A DNA stretch of 64,000 nucleotides from Beijerinckiaceae bacterium (GCA_051649305.1 JBOFGV010000073.1:59183-123182); one strand, 5' to 3'; counted from the stretch's first letter, positions 1-9,414 are shown. Numbers and translations are program-made. The notes: a model not told the origin generated them from the letters alone.

Positions 1-348
1 GCCTGTGATTTTGCCAAGAATACCTCGGGCCGGTTGGCGGCGGTTGAACTGCCAAAGTTTGCGGATGAAGAGAAAACCTTTGCCGAGCTATATGAGCGCA
101 TCGGTAAGACCGTAGCCTTTGTTGAAAGCCTGCCTGCGTCCGCTTTTGATGGCGCAGAGACGCGCGCCATCACATTTCCAATTGGTGGCAAGCCCTACAC
201 CATGGACGGCGCGCCTTATTTCAACGGCTTCGCCATGCCGAACTTCTATTTCCACGTTTCGGCAGCTTACATGATCCTGCGGGAGAACGGCGTTGCCCTT
301 AACAAGCGGGATTTTCTGGGAGCTGTGCCGGGCTTGCAGCTGGGCTGA
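1..348 (+). CDS. DUF1993-family protein, 5'-truncated by window edge
   Basis: Frame 1 is open from base 1 (ACDFAKNTSGR...) into listed ORF 34..348, whose 'start' is only a TTG. ACDFAK...FYFHVSAAYMILRENGV matches my memory of DUF1993 proteins. Confidence 0.7.
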   Translation, partial: ACDFAKNTSGRLAAVELPKFADEEKTFAELYERIGKTVAFVESLPASAFDGAETRAITFPIGGKPYTMDGAPYFNGFAMPNFYFHVSAAYMILRENGVALNKRDFLGAVPGLQLG

Positions 349-3300
349 TCAAACAGCTTTTTTGCCTTCCGCGATCCGCGTCAGATCTCCCATCAGACGG
401 CGCGTTTCGCGCAGGCGGCGCGAGGGGGATTCGTAATCCCCGTTAAAGACCACGCGCATGTCAGGCCGCACCTTGGCGAAGCTTCCGCGTTCCGTGACAT
501 AACGCACCAGACCGTTGGGATTGGCGAAGGAGTTATCCCTAAAGGCAACGACGATGCCTTTAGGCCCGGCTTCCACCTTCTGGATATTGGCGCGGCGGCA
601 CAAAGTCTTGATCGCCACGATGCTCATCAGTTGCTCCACCTCTGGCGGCAACGGTCCGAAGCGATCGATCATTTCGGCTGCGAAACTTTCGATACCCTGC
701 TCGGTTTCCAATGTCGACAGGCGGCGGTAAAGCGCCATCCGGAGATCGAGGTCCATCACATAGGCTTCCGGAATCAGCACAGGTGTGCCGGTGACGATAG
801 TTGGCGACCAATGTTCTTCCACCTCGTCCTCGATGCCCGCCTTGAGGTTGGCAACCGCCTCTTCCAGCATCTGCTGGTAAAGCTCGTAGCCCACTTCCTT
901 GATATGGCCGGACTGCTCGTCACCCAGCAGGTTGCCCGCACCCCGGATATCGAGATCATGCGAGGCCAATTGAAAGCCTGCGCCCAGACTGTCGAGCGAC
1001 TGCAGCACCTTCAGACGCTTCTCGGCCTGCGGGGTTGGCGGCTTGTTGGCGGGCAAGGTGAACAGCGCATAGGCGCGGGTTTTGGAACGGCCAACGCGCC
1101 CCCGCAGCTGGTAGAGCTGGCCAAGGCCGAACATATCCGCACGGTGGATGATCAGCGTGTTGGCGCTTGGAATATCGAGGCCGGATTCCACGATTGTTGT
1201 CGACAGCAACACATCAAACTTGCCGTCATAGAAATTGCCCATGACCTCCTCAAGCTCGGTAGGTGCCATCTGGCCGTGGCCAACGGCGTATTTGATTTCT
1301 GGCACTTGGCTGTCGAGAAAAGCGCGGATGTCTGCCAGATCCTCGATGCGCGGTACGACATAGAAACTCTGTCCGCCGCGATAGCGCTCGCGCAGCAGCG
1401 CCTCGCGCACGATCATCGGATCAAATGGCGCGATGAAGGTGCGCACCGCCAGACGGTCCACCGGCGGTGTGGCGATGATGGAGAGTTCGCGCACGCCTGT
1501 GAGGGCCAACTGGAGCGTGCGGGGAATAGGCGTGGCGGACAATGTCAGCACATGCACCTCGGCGCGCAGTTCCTTCAGCCGCTCCTTGTGGCCCACACCA
1601 AAGTGCTGCTCTTCGTCGACAATCAGCAGGCCGAGATCGCGGAAGTTGATCGCCTTGCCAAGGAGCGCGTGCGTGCCCACGACGATATCAACCGTGCCGT
1701 CGGTGATGCCCTTTTTGGTGGCGGCGAGTTCAGCACTGCCCACCATGCGGGAGGCCTGCGCCACATTGATCGGCAGACCACGAAAACGCTCGGCGAAGGT
1801 CTTGTGGTGCTGGCGCGCAAGAAGCGTTGTGGGCACAACCACCGCCACCTGCTTGCCGGACATGGCGGCGGCATAGGCGGCGCGGAGCGCTACTTCCGTC
1901 TTGCCAAAACCAACGTCGCCGCAGATCAGGCGATCCATCGGACGGCCCGAAGCCATGTCGTCCATCACGGCATCGATAGCGTTCTGCTGGTCATCGGTTT
2001 CGTTGTAGGGGAAGCGGGCAATGAACTCGCTGTAGGCATTGTCATTGGCCACAAACTTCGGCGCTTCGCGGAGCAGACGGGCTGCCGCAATCTTGATCAA
2101 TTGCTTCGCCATCTCAAGGATGCGCTTCTTCAGCTTGGCCTTGCGGGCCTGCCAGCCACCGCCGCCCAGACGATCAAGCTGAACCTCCGTGTCCTCGCCG
2201 CCGTAGCGTGAGAGAAGCTCGATGTTCTCGACCGGCAGGAACAGTTTGTCGCCGTTGGCGTAGTGCAGTTCCAGACAGTCATGCGGTGAGCCAAGCGCTG
2301 TGACTGTCTTCAGGCCGATAAAGCGGCCAATGCCGTGATCGACATGCACCACAACATCGTTGACCGACATCGTGGACAATTCCGAGATGAAGTCCTTGGC
2401 GCGCTTTGACGGCGCGCGACCGCGCACCATGCGCTCACCCAGAATATCCTGCTCCGCCACAATGGCGAGGTCAGGCAGTTCGAGACCTGACTCCAGCGGC
2501 AGGATGACCAGCCCTACCTCGTTGGCGGCAAGTGCTTTCGCGCTTGCCAGCGAGGCAACGGGTTTGGCCGCTGTCAAGCCATGGTCGCCCATGACGCCCG
2601 CGAGACGATCGCGCGAGCCGTCGGTCCAGGCGGCCAGCAGCACGCGCTTGCCGGTGGCTTGCAAGCTGCGGATATGGGCGACAGCGGCATCAAAGACATT
2701 GACGGATTCATCCGCGCGTTCCGCTGCAAAAATCCGCCCCTTGCGGCCACCGAGCTCAACCACCTTCATGCTGCCGCCGGGCGGCACAGCATAGGGCGTG
2801 AGAGTCACGGTGGATTCAGCAGAAACCATTTTCTGCAACTCATCCGCTGACCAGTAGAGCGTTTCGGGCGGCAGTGGCTTGTAAGGGGCTGACCCAGCAG
2901 CCACGGCCTCAAGACCTGTCTTGCGGTTGGTGTAATAATCCCCCGCCTGCGCGATGCGCTCCTTTGCGGCATCAACAGCGAGATGATCGAGAATGAGCGC
3001 CGCACCCGGTACATAGTCGGTGAGCCTGCTCATTTTGGCATGAAACAATGGCGTCCAGTGTTCCATGCCGGGGAAGCGTCGGCCTTCGCTGATCGCCTCG
3101 TAGAGCATATCGCCCTTGGTGGCGGCTCCAAACGACGTGACGTAACCCTGACGGAAGCGACGGATGGCATCGCTGGTCATCTGGAACTCGCTCATGGGAA
3201 TGAGTTCCAGCATCGCCATAGGGCCGGTGGAACGCTGTGTCTCGGGATCAAAAGCGCGGATCGTTTCCAGCGTGTCACCGAAGAAATCCATACGGACCGG

Positions 3301-3861
3301 ACCAACCACACCGGGCGCATAGAGATCGATGATCCCGCCGCGCACGGCATATTCCCCGGCATCGCGCACGGTGGGTGTGCGCACGAAACCGTTGTGCTCC
3401 AGCCAGCGCGTCAGATCTTCCATGTCAAGCGCATTGCCAGGAGCTGCTGCCAGTGCCTGTGCTGATACCCAGCCGACAGGTGGCACACGCTGCACCAGTG
3501 CGTTGGCTGTGGTGATGACAAGGCGCGGGCGTTCGCCACCGCGAGAGCGCACAAGGCGGGACAAGGTCGCCATGCGCCGCGCCAGAATGCCAGCATTGGG
3601 CGAGGCGCGGTCATAGGGCTGGCAATCCCATGAAGGAAAGGAGAAGACCTCGATTTCCGGCGCAAAGAACGACAGCCCGTGCTCGATGGCAGCAGCCCGC
3701 ACCGCATCACGCGCCACAAACAGGCTGAGGGCCGGGAGATCAACGCCTGCTTTGAACAGCGCGCGCGCGACCTCGGCAGCCGCCAGCGCTTCCGTTCCAT
3801 CCGAAACATCGCAGACGGTGAAAGGCGCTTTGGATTGCAGCAAAAGGGGTGGAATGAACAT
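349..3861 (-). CDS. mfd: transcription-repair coupling factor Mfd
   Basis: 1170 aa. Superfamily-2 helicase motifs GDVGFGKT and LLIVDEEQHFG; length and overall sequence typical of Mfd. Confidence 0.95.
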   Translation of the reverse strand: MFIPPLLLQSKAPFTVCDVSDGTEALAAAEVARALFKAGVDLPALSLFVARDAVRAAAIEHGLSFFAPEIEVFSFPSWDCQPYDRASPNAGILARRMATLSRLVRSRGGERPRLVITTANALVQRVPPVGWVSAQALAAAPGNALDMEDLTRWLEHNGFVRTPTVRDAGEYAVRGGIIDLYAPGVVGPVRMDFFGDTLETIRAFDPETQRSTGPMAMLELIPMSEFQMTSDAIRRFRQGYVTSFGAATKGDMLYEAISEGRRFPGMEHWTPLFHAKMSRLTDYVPGAALILDHLAVDAAKERIAQAGDYYTNRKTGLEAVAAGSAPYKPLPPETLYWSADELQKMVSAESTVTLTPYAVPPGGSMKVVELGGRKGRIFAAERADESVNVFDAAVAHIRSLQATGKRVLLAAWTDGSRDRLAGVMGDHGLTAAKPVASLASAKALAANEVGLVILPLESGLELPDLAIVAEQDILGERMVRGRAPSKRAKDFISELSTMSVNDVVVHVDHGIGRFIGLKTVTALGSPHDCLELHYANGDKLFLPVENIELLSRYGGEDTEVQLDRLGGGGWQARKAKLKKRILEMAKQLIKIAAARLLREAPKFVANDNAYSEFIARFPYNETDDQQNAIDAVMDDMASGRPMDRLICGDVGFGKTEVALRAAYAAAMSGKQVAVVVPTTLLARQHHKTFAERFRGLPINVAQASRMVGSAELAATKKGITDGTVDIVVGTHALLGKAINFRDLGLLIVDEEQHFGVGHKERLKELRAEVHVLTLSATPIPRTLQLALTGVRELSIIATPPVDRLAVRTFIAPFDPMIVREALLRERYRGGQSFYVVPRIEDLADIRAFLDSQVPEIKYAVGHGQMAPTELEEVMGNFYDGKFDVLLSTTIVESGLDIPSANTLIIHRADMFGLGQLYQLRGRVGRSKTRAYALFTLPANKPPTPQAEKRLKVLQSLDSLGAGFQLASHDLDIRGAGNLLGDEQSGHIKEVGYELYQQMLEEAVANLKAGIEDEVEEHWSPTIVTGTPVLIPEAYVMDLDLRMALYRRLSTLETEQGIESFAAEMIDRFGPLPPEVEQLMSIVAIKTLCRRANIQKVEAGPKGIVVAFRDNSFANPNGLVRYVTERGSFAKVRPDMRVVFNGDYESPSRRLRETRRLMGDLTRIAEGKKAV

Positions 3862-3913
3862 CGGGCTATTTCACACAAGGGCTGATTCAAAACGAGCACT
3901 ATGCTTCATAACA

Positions 3914-4034
3914 TCCCTCCCCCCATTTATGGTGGGAGGGAAGATCGAGCGAAGCGGAGATCAGGGTGGGGGGAATCTGTGCAGTTGATAGACCCCCCAC
4001 CCCGGCCCTCCCCACCACAAGTGGGGGGAGGGAG
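3914..4034. repeat. GC-rich composite intergenic repeat (CCCTCC/GGGAGG hairpins flanking GGGTGGGG...CCCCACCCC), copy 1
   Basis: TCCCTCCCCCC-atttatg-GTGGGAGGGA hairpin, then GGGTGGGGGG...CCCCCCACCCC, then CCCTCCCCACCacaaGTGGGGGGAGGGAG. Same module order as 63220..63347. Confidence 0.7.
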
Positions 4035-4052
4035 AAAGCCAACCTCTCGCGT

Positions 4053-4349
4053 TCAGACCTGCACCGGCTTGTCGTGGGAAGGGAACGCCTTCCGCGCCTG
4101 AAACACCGGCGTGTCATAGTTCACGGGCGTCTCTTCCCGGTTGGTGATCCAGGCCAGCAGATCGCGGTCAGGGGCCTCAATCAGCAGTTCGAAGATATCA
4201 AGCTCGGCGTCGGTCATGGTGTCCAGACGCTCCTCGGCAAACCGGCCCATGATCAGGTCCATCTCGCGCATGCCGCGATGCCAGGCGCGGAACAGGATTT
4301 TCTTGCGGCGCGGATCAAGATCAACGGTGGAGCGGACAAGGCCAGACAT
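4053..4349 (-). CDS. sdhE: succinate dehydrogenase assembly factor 2 (SdhE/DUF339 family)
   Basis: RRKKILFRAWHRGMREMDLIMG motif typical of SdhE. Internal ATG at 4349 preferred: GAGG lies 8 nt upstream, and the first ATG (4382) directly abuts a terminator T-run. Confidence 0.8.
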   Translation of the reverse strand: MSGLVRSTVDLDPRRKKILFRAWHRGMREMDLIMGRFAEERLDTMTDAELDIFELLIEAPDRDLLAWITNREETPVNYDTPVFQARKAFPSHDKPVQV

Positions 4350-4383
4350 CGAAAAACCTCGCTTGGTAGAATTTGGCATCATG

Positions 4384-4427
4384 AAAAACGAAAAGAGCTG
4401 CAGGCAGGTTTTTCAGGCCTGTCTGCA
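4384..4427 (-). terminator. intrinsic terminator downstream of Na/Pi transporter gene
   Basis: Minus strand reads CTGCAGACAGG-cctgaaaaa-CCTGCCTGCAG (11-bp arms, 1 mismatch) followed by CTCTTTTCGTTTTT. Confidence 0.6.
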
Positions 4428-4501
4428 GTGCGCGAAACGTCAGTATCCCTTTACGGCGCGGAAGTCAGCCCGGATTTATGAACTGCGGCGCTTTGGCAAG
4501 C

Positions 4502-6154
4502 TTATACAGCCGCTGACTTCAAACGGCTTCCACGCAGAAATCCTGAGGCCTCAAGGCTGGAATAAGCAACGGATGTGATGTGGGCATTGATGCGTTTGAG
4601 GTCACGCAGGATATCGAGATGCAACGTGCTGGTTTCGATGGAAGCCAGAGTTCCCTCCCGCAGGCGGGAAAGATGGCTTTCCATGGCCTCGCGCTCGGCA
4701 ACGCGAATCCTGTCCTTTTCAGTCACCAGTTCACGGGCCATGCCCATATCGCCGGTCATGAACACGGCAACCGCCAGCCGCATCTGCTCCACCACGCGGG
4801 TGTGGAGGGACTGGATTTCCGACCAGCCAGCGGGTGAGAACTCCACATTCAGCCTATGCTTCTTGGCCGCAAGCTCCAGCAGGCTCTTGTCGATGATGTC
4901 GCCCACATGCTCAAGGTTTGTGGTGAAGAGGATCAGGTCAAAGGCCTTGCGGCTGTCTGTTTCTGACAGGGGCTGGCGGGTGAGGCGCGTGAGGTAGAGC
5001 TTCACATCCTCCTGAAGCCGGTCCACCTCGTTGTCGCGAAGCTTGATAGACTGGCGACGGGCATCGCTGTCTTCCGAAAAGGCAAGAATGGTCTCGCGCA
5101 GCATCACCTCAACCTGATCAGCCATACGCATGACTTCCCGCCCCGCTGCGGCCAGCGCCACCTGCGGACGGTCAAGCAAGGCATCATCCAGATGCGCAAT
5201 CGGCTTGTCTTTTGAGGCTGTTTCATCCGGATAGGATGCTTCCAGAACCCGGACAGCCAATCCTGTCAAAGGCAGAAAGATCACCGCGACTGCAACATTG
5301 AACAGCGTGTGCAGATTGGCGAGCTGGCGGGCTGTATCACTTGCCAGAAGCCGCGAAAGATCAACAATCAGGGGCAACAATATGAGGGCAAGCACGGCAC
5401 CCGCTGTCCGGAATGCCAGATTGCCGATCAGGATGCGTTTGGCAGCGATGCTGGTCTGAGCCGACAGACCAAGCGGAATAAGGGCCGAGCCGATGTTGCA
5501 GCCCAGCACCAGCGCGATGGCAGGCGGCAGGCCAATGACATCTGATGCTGCCAGCGACAGAACAAGCAGGATGGCAGCCACACTCGAATGCATTAGCCAG
5601 GCAATCAGCGCACCCAGAACGATGCCCATGACAGGATCGCTGGCCAGGCGTTGCATCACGAGTTTCAGCAACTCGCTTTGCTTCAACGGGTCCGCTGCCC
5701 CCTTGATCATGCCGAGAGCCATGATCATGAGCGCCAATCCAATGATGATGCGCCCGACCTGTTTGGGCACGGGTTTATCGGTCAGCATGAAAAGGCAAAC
5801 GCCTGCAATCAGCAGCAGAGGCATCAACTGGCCAAGATTGAAGGCAAGCGCCTGCACCACCAATGTCGAGCCGATGTCTGCGCCCAGCATAACGGCAAGC
5901 GCTGGCCCCAGCGTGATCAAGCCCCGCTCTGCAAAGCTTGCCACGATAAGGCCTGTCGCTGCCGAGCTTTGCACAGCGGTGGCCACGGCGGCCCCTGTGA
6001 AACAGGCCTTGATGCGATTGGAGGTTGCGCCCGCAATGGCATGGCGGAATTTTTCACCAAACGCCCGCAGCACGCCGGTTTTCACCATGCGGATGGACCA
6101 GATGAGAAGCGCGATGGCCCCCATCAGATTGATGAGAAATGTATGACCTTCCAA
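4502..6154 (-). CDS. Na/Pi cotransporter family protein with C-terminal PhoU-like domain
   Basis: 550 aa. Polytopic N-terminal half and soluble helical C-terminal half; resembles NptA/YjbB-type Na+/phosphate symporters. Confidence 0.8.
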   Translation of the reverse strand: MEGHTFLINLMGAIALLIWSIRMVKTGVLRAFGEKFRHAIAGATSNRIKACFTGAAVATAVQSSAATGLIVASFAERGLITLGPALAVMLGADIGSTLVVQALAFNLGQLMPLLLIAGVCLFMLTDKPVPKQVGRIIIGLALMIMALGMIKGAADPLKQSELLKLVMQRLASDPVMGIVLGALIAWLMHSSVAAILLVLSLAASDVIGLPPAIALVLGCNIGSALIPLGLSAQTSIAAKRILIGNLAFRTAGAVLALILLPLIVDLSRLLASDTARQLANLHTLFNVAVAVIFLPLTGLAVRVLEASYPDETASKDKPIAHLDDALLDRPQVALAAAGREVMRMADQVEVMLRETILAFSEDSDARRQSIKLRDNEVDRLQEDVKLYLTRLTRQPLSETDSRKAFDLILFTTNLEHVGDIIDKSLLELAAKKHRLNVEFSPAGWSEIQSLHTRVVEQMRLAVAVFMTGDMGMARELVTEKDRIRVAEREAMESHLSRLREGTLASIETSTLHLDILRDLKRINAHITSVAYSSLEASGFLRGSRLKSAAV

Positions 6155-6322
6155 GATGCTTTCTCTCTTCTGGATGCAAACAGAATCCAGACAGGAAACA
6201 ATGTCAATTCATTTTGTCGGCTCATTGAAGAGGGCGAAAGATATTTAATCTAAACTATTGATAAATATTGATATTAATGACTGCTACTTTTTGAGGCACA
6301 TAGAAAAAGTGCTGCTTCCAGT

Positions 6323-6355
6323 AAAAAAAATCCCCCGCGCCTGCGCACGGGGGAT
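6323..6355 (-). terminator. intrinsic terminator of phaB
   Basis: Minus strand reads ATCCCCCG-tgcgcaggcg-CGGGGGAT followed by TTTTTTTT, 25 nt after the phaB stop. Confidence 0.8.
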
Positions 6356-6379
6356 CGATAACCGAACAGGCAGATGTGG

Positions 6380-7105
6380 TTAAACCACGTACTGGCCGCC
6401 GTTGGCGGAAAGCGTGGAGCCGGTGATGAAGCCTGCATCGTCTGACGCAAGGAACACCACAGCGCGCGCGATTTCCTCTGGCTGACCGAGACGACCGACC
6501 GGAATCAGCGGCAGGATCTTGGTCTTCAGCACCTCTTCCGGCACGGCCATCACCATTTCTGTGGCGATATAACCGGGGCAGATGGCGTTGACCGTGATGC
6601 CCTTGGCGGCACTTTCCTGCGCCAGCGCTTTCACAAAGCCGATGTCACCGGCTTTCGCCGCCGAGTAGTTGACCTGTGCGAACTGGCCCTTCTGGCCGTT
6701 GATCGACGAGATGACGATGACGCGGCCGAAATTGCGGGCGCGCATGCCTTCAATCACCGGGCGGGTCATGTTGAACAGGGAATCAAGGTTGGTGCCCAGA
6801 ACGGCGCGCCACTGGTCCTTGGTCATCTTGTGGAAGAAGCCATCCTTGGTGATGCCGGCGTTGTTCACCAGCACATCCACCGGGCCAACCTCGGCTTCCA
6901 CCTGCGCCACACCGGCAGCACAGGCATCAAAATCCGAGACATCCCATTTGAAAACGGCAATGCCGGTTTCCGCCTTGAATTTGGCAGCGGCTTCATCGTT
7001 GCCGGCATAACTCGCCGCAACCTTGTAACCTGCGGCCTTCAAGGCCTTTGAAATCGCAGCCCCGATTCCGCGGGTACCGCCTGTAACCAATGCAACGCGT
7101 GACAT
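6380..7105 (-). CDS. phaB: acetoacetyl-CoA reductase (SDR family)
   Basis: 241 aa. TGGTRGIG cofactor motif and YSAAK catalytic motif; adjacent to phaA and phaR. Confidence 0.9.
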   Translation of the reverse strand: MSRVALVTGGTRGIGAAISKALKAAGYKVAASYAGNDEAAAKFKAETGIAVFKWDVSDFDACAAGVAQVEAEVGPVDVLVNNAGITKDGFFHKMTKDQWRAVLGTNLDSLFNMTRPVIEGMRARNFGRVIVISSINGQKGQFAQVNYSAAKAGDIGFVKALAQESAAKGITVNAICPGYIATEMVMAVPEEVLKTKILPLIPVGRLGQPEEIARAVVFLASDDAGFITGSTLSANGGQYVV

Positions 7106-7134
7106 GTTTAGTCCTCCCTATGTATTTTGTTGCT

Positions 7135-7160
7135 CCCTCTCCCCGTTGACGGGGAGAGGG
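7135..7160. repeat. perfect GC hairpin CCCTCTCCCC-gttgac-GGGGAGAGGG
   Basis: 10-bp perfect stem and 6-nt loop, 29 nt upstream of the phaB start. Same CCCTC/GAGGG motif class as other intergenic repeats here. Confidence 0.8.
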
Positions 7161-7195
7161 TATTCACGTCAGGCCTCCACCTGATCAGTTTTTGT

Positions 7196-7351
7196 TCAAG
7201 GCCACCTCGACCACCAGTACTCCCGGTTCCGGATTTTTCTCAAAGATAATCCTCCAGAGAAGAATTTGAGAAAAAAACCAAGCATGCAGATCAGTGTGAC
7301 AAATCCACCAATCACACGAGTAATATCTCCAAGGGACAACAATTCAGTCAA
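7196..7351 (-). CDS. possible 51-aa hydrophobic small protein in phaA-phaB spacer (TTG start)
   Basis: Hand translation: (L/M)TELLSLGDITRVIGGFVTLICMLGFFLKFFSGGLSLRKIRNREYWWSRWP*. TAAGGA lies 8 nt upstream of the TTG. Below the 60-aa track cutoff, with no ATG start. Confidence 0.2.
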   Translation of the reverse strand: MTELLSLGDITRVIGGFVTLICMLGFFLKFFSGGLSLRKIRNREYWWSRWP

Positions 7352-7390
7352 AGACTGGATCCTTACTTTGCTTGCCGATACCCCTCATCC

Positions 7391-7431
7391 GTCATGCTGC
7401 GCATGACACCTTCTCCCGCAAGGGGAGAAGG
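7391..7431. repeat. two adjacent hairpins just 3' of phaA
   Basis: GTCATGC-tgc-GCATGAC followed by CCTTCTCCC-gcaag-GGGAGAAGG. No T-run follows. Confidence 0.6.
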
Positions 7432-7443
7432 AAGAATCGAGGC

Positions 7444-8628
7444 TTACCGCTCCACTGTCAGCGCAACGCCCATGCCGCCGCCGATGCAGAGTGTGGCAAG
7501 CCCCTTCTTCGAGCCGCGCTTTTGCATTTCATGCAACAGGGTCACCAGCACGCGTGCGCCGGATGCGCCAATCGGATGGCCGATGGCGATGGCACCGCCG
7601 TTGACGTTGACGATCGATGGGTCCCAACCCATGTCCTTGTTGACGGCGAGAGCCTGCGCCGCGAAAGCCTCGTTGGCTTCCACGAGATCAAGGTCTTTCA
7701 CTTTCCAACCCGCCTTCTCAAGCGCCTTGCGCGAAGCAGGGATGGGGCCTGATCCCATGATTTCAGGCGCAACACCGGCTGTGGCCCATGAGGCGATGCG
7801 GGCGAGCGGTGTGAGGCCACGCTTGGCGGCTTCGGCTGCTGTCATCAACACGAGGGCTGCAGCACCGTCGTTAAGGCCAGAAGCATTGGCCGCCGTGACG
7901 CTGACGCCGCCGGGGAAGGCCGGCTTCAGTTTCTGCATGGCTTCGATGGTTGCGCCATCGCGGATGTATTCATCCGTATCCACCACCACATCGCCCTTGC
8001 GGGTCGCGATGGTGTAGGCGGCGATCTCATCCTTGAAGCGGCCAGATTTGCGGGCGGCTTCCGCCTTGTTCTGCGAGGCAACTGCAAAAATATCCTGCTG
8101 CTCACGGGAAATCTGCCATTTCGCCGCAACATTCTCCGCGGTGTTGCCCATGTGATAGCCGTGGAAGGCATCCCACAGGCCATCCTTGATCATGGTGTCG
8201 ATGAACTTCACATCACCCATTTTGGTGCCGGCACGCATGTGGGCGGAATGGGGTGACAAGGACATCGATTCCTGACCACCAGCCACGATGATGCTGGCAT
8301 CACCATTGGCAATCGCCTGCATGCCCATGGCAACGGTGCGCAGGCCGGAGCCGCAGACCTGATTGACCACAAGTGCTGTCGCTGTATCGGGAATACCGGC
8401 AGCCATGGCGGCCTGTCTTGCGGTGTTCTGACCGGCGCCGGCTGTCAGCACATGGCCGAAGATAACCTCATCGACCTCAGCACCCGAAACACCGGCGCGA
8501 GACAGGGCAGCCGTGATGGCTGCAGCGCCAAGCTTGTGCGCGGCCTGATCGGCAAAGGCTCCGTTGAACGAGCCAACCGCGGTGCGGGCTGCTCCTACGA
8601 TCACGACATCTGTGGCTGCCATTGTCAT
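7444..8628 (-). CDS. phaA: acetyl-CoA acetyltransferase (beta-ketothiolase)
   Basis: 394 aa. Thiolase signatures [10 protein letters not shown] (active Cys) and C-terminal CIGGGMGVA. Confidence 0.95.
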   Translation of the reverse strand: MTMAATDVVIVGAARTAVGSFNGAFADQAAHKLGAAAITAALSRAGVSGAEVDEVIFGHVLTAGAGQNTARQAAMAAGIPDTATALVVNQVCGSGLRTVAMGMQAIANGDASIIVAGGQESMSLSPHSAHMRAGTKMGDVKFIDTMIKDGLWDAFHGYHMGNTAENVAAKWQISREQQDIFAVASQNKAEAARKSGRFKDEIAAYTIATRKGDVVVDTDEYIRDGATIEAMQKLKPAFPGGVSVTAANASGLNDGAAALVLMTAAEAAKRGLTPLARIASWATAGVAPEIMGSGPIPASRKALEKAGWKVKDLDLVEANEAFAAQALAVNKDMGWDPSIVNVNGGAIAIGHPIGASGARVLVTLLHEMQKRGSKKGLATLCIGGGMGVALTVER

Positions 8629-8703
8629 CTCCTGTGTCTATTTTGAAGTCATTTGTGAAGTGTTGTCCTATCAAGGCGACCTAAACGGCTTCCGTCAAGC
8701 ATA

Positions 8704-8736
8704 TTGCATCGCAAAAGACTTGTGTTTGCAGCGCAA
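8704..8736. promoter_or_regulatory. pair of TTGC-N3-GCAA palindromes (candidate PhaR operators) in phaA/phaR divergent region
   Basis: TTGCATCGCAA (8704-8714) and TTGCAGCGCAA (8726-8736), centres 22 bp apart, 52-84 nt upstream of phaR. Confidence 0.45.
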
Positions 8737-8787
8737 CCGCGCATTATCGGGTCAAGGTGACCAAATAACAGGCACCAGACAGAATGG

Positions 8788-9369
8788 ATGGTGAGGATGA
8801 CGAAAGTTGCCGCGACGACAGTCATCAAGAAATACGCTAACCGGCGTCTCTATCATACCGGCACGAGCACCTATGTGACGCTGGAGGATCTCGCGGGCAT
8901 GGTGAAAAAGGGCGAGGAGTTCCTCGTCACCGATGCCAAGACAGGCGAAGACATCACGCGGTCAGTGCTGACCCAGATCATATTTGAACTCGAAGGACAG
9001 GAAGGCCAGCAAACCATGCTGCCGGTGTCGTTCCTGCGGCAGTTGATTGGCCTTTACGGCGACCAGATGCAGGGGCTTGTGCCAAGCTATCTGGAGCATT
9101 CCATGCAGCATTTCGCCAAGGAACAGCAGCAGTTCAAGGATCACGTCACCAAAGCGATGTCTGGCGATGTGCTGGGGGCGATGCAGGATCAGGCGCGGGC
9201 GAACATGACCCTGTTTCAGGATGCATTCCGCATGTTCAACCCCTATGCTGCGCGCAAGGAGTCTGCAAAACAGGCTGCTCCGGATGCAGCAGAAGGCGGG
9301 GATGTAGACGAGATCAAGAAAGAGCTGGATCTGATGCGGCAGCGGCTTGATCAACTGTCAAAGAAATAG
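8788..9369 (+). CDS. phaR: polyhydroxyalkanoate synthesis repressor PhaR
   Basis: VIKKYANRRLYHTGTSTYVTLEDL N-terminus is the PhaR signature. Start could be the ATG at 8788 or 8797. Confidence 0.9.
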   Translation: MVRMTKVAATTVIKKYANRRLYHTGTSTYVTLEDLAGMVKKGEEFLVTDAKTGEDITRSVLTQIIFELEGQEGQQTMLPVSFLRQLIGLYGDQMQGLVPSYLEHSMQHFAKEQQQFKDHVTKAMSGDVLGAMQDQARANMTLFQDAFRMFNPYAARKESAKQAAPDAAEGGDVDEIKKELDLMRQRLDQLSKK

Positions 9370-9414
9370 AACCGGGAGAATCCCGGCAGAACCAACATCT
9401 GTCAGAGAAACACA

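Noticed and set aside
348-351. Zero-spacer convergent stops of the DUF1993 gene and mfd (TGATCA)
   Set aside because: The observation is real but trivial. There is no structure or repeat, just tight packing.
631-2211. 526-aa ORF on the plus strand
   Set aside because: It is entirely antisense to mfd, which has clear helicase motifs. The composition is typical of GC-rich shadow ORFs (Arg/Ala/Gly/His-rich), with no recognisable domain.
3899-4117. Small ORFs 3899..4117(-), 3901..4101(+), the start of 3966..4481(+), and 63217..63483(-)
   Set aside because: These are translations of the GC-rich composite repeats (runs of P/G/R/W from CCCC/GGGG tracts), not genes.
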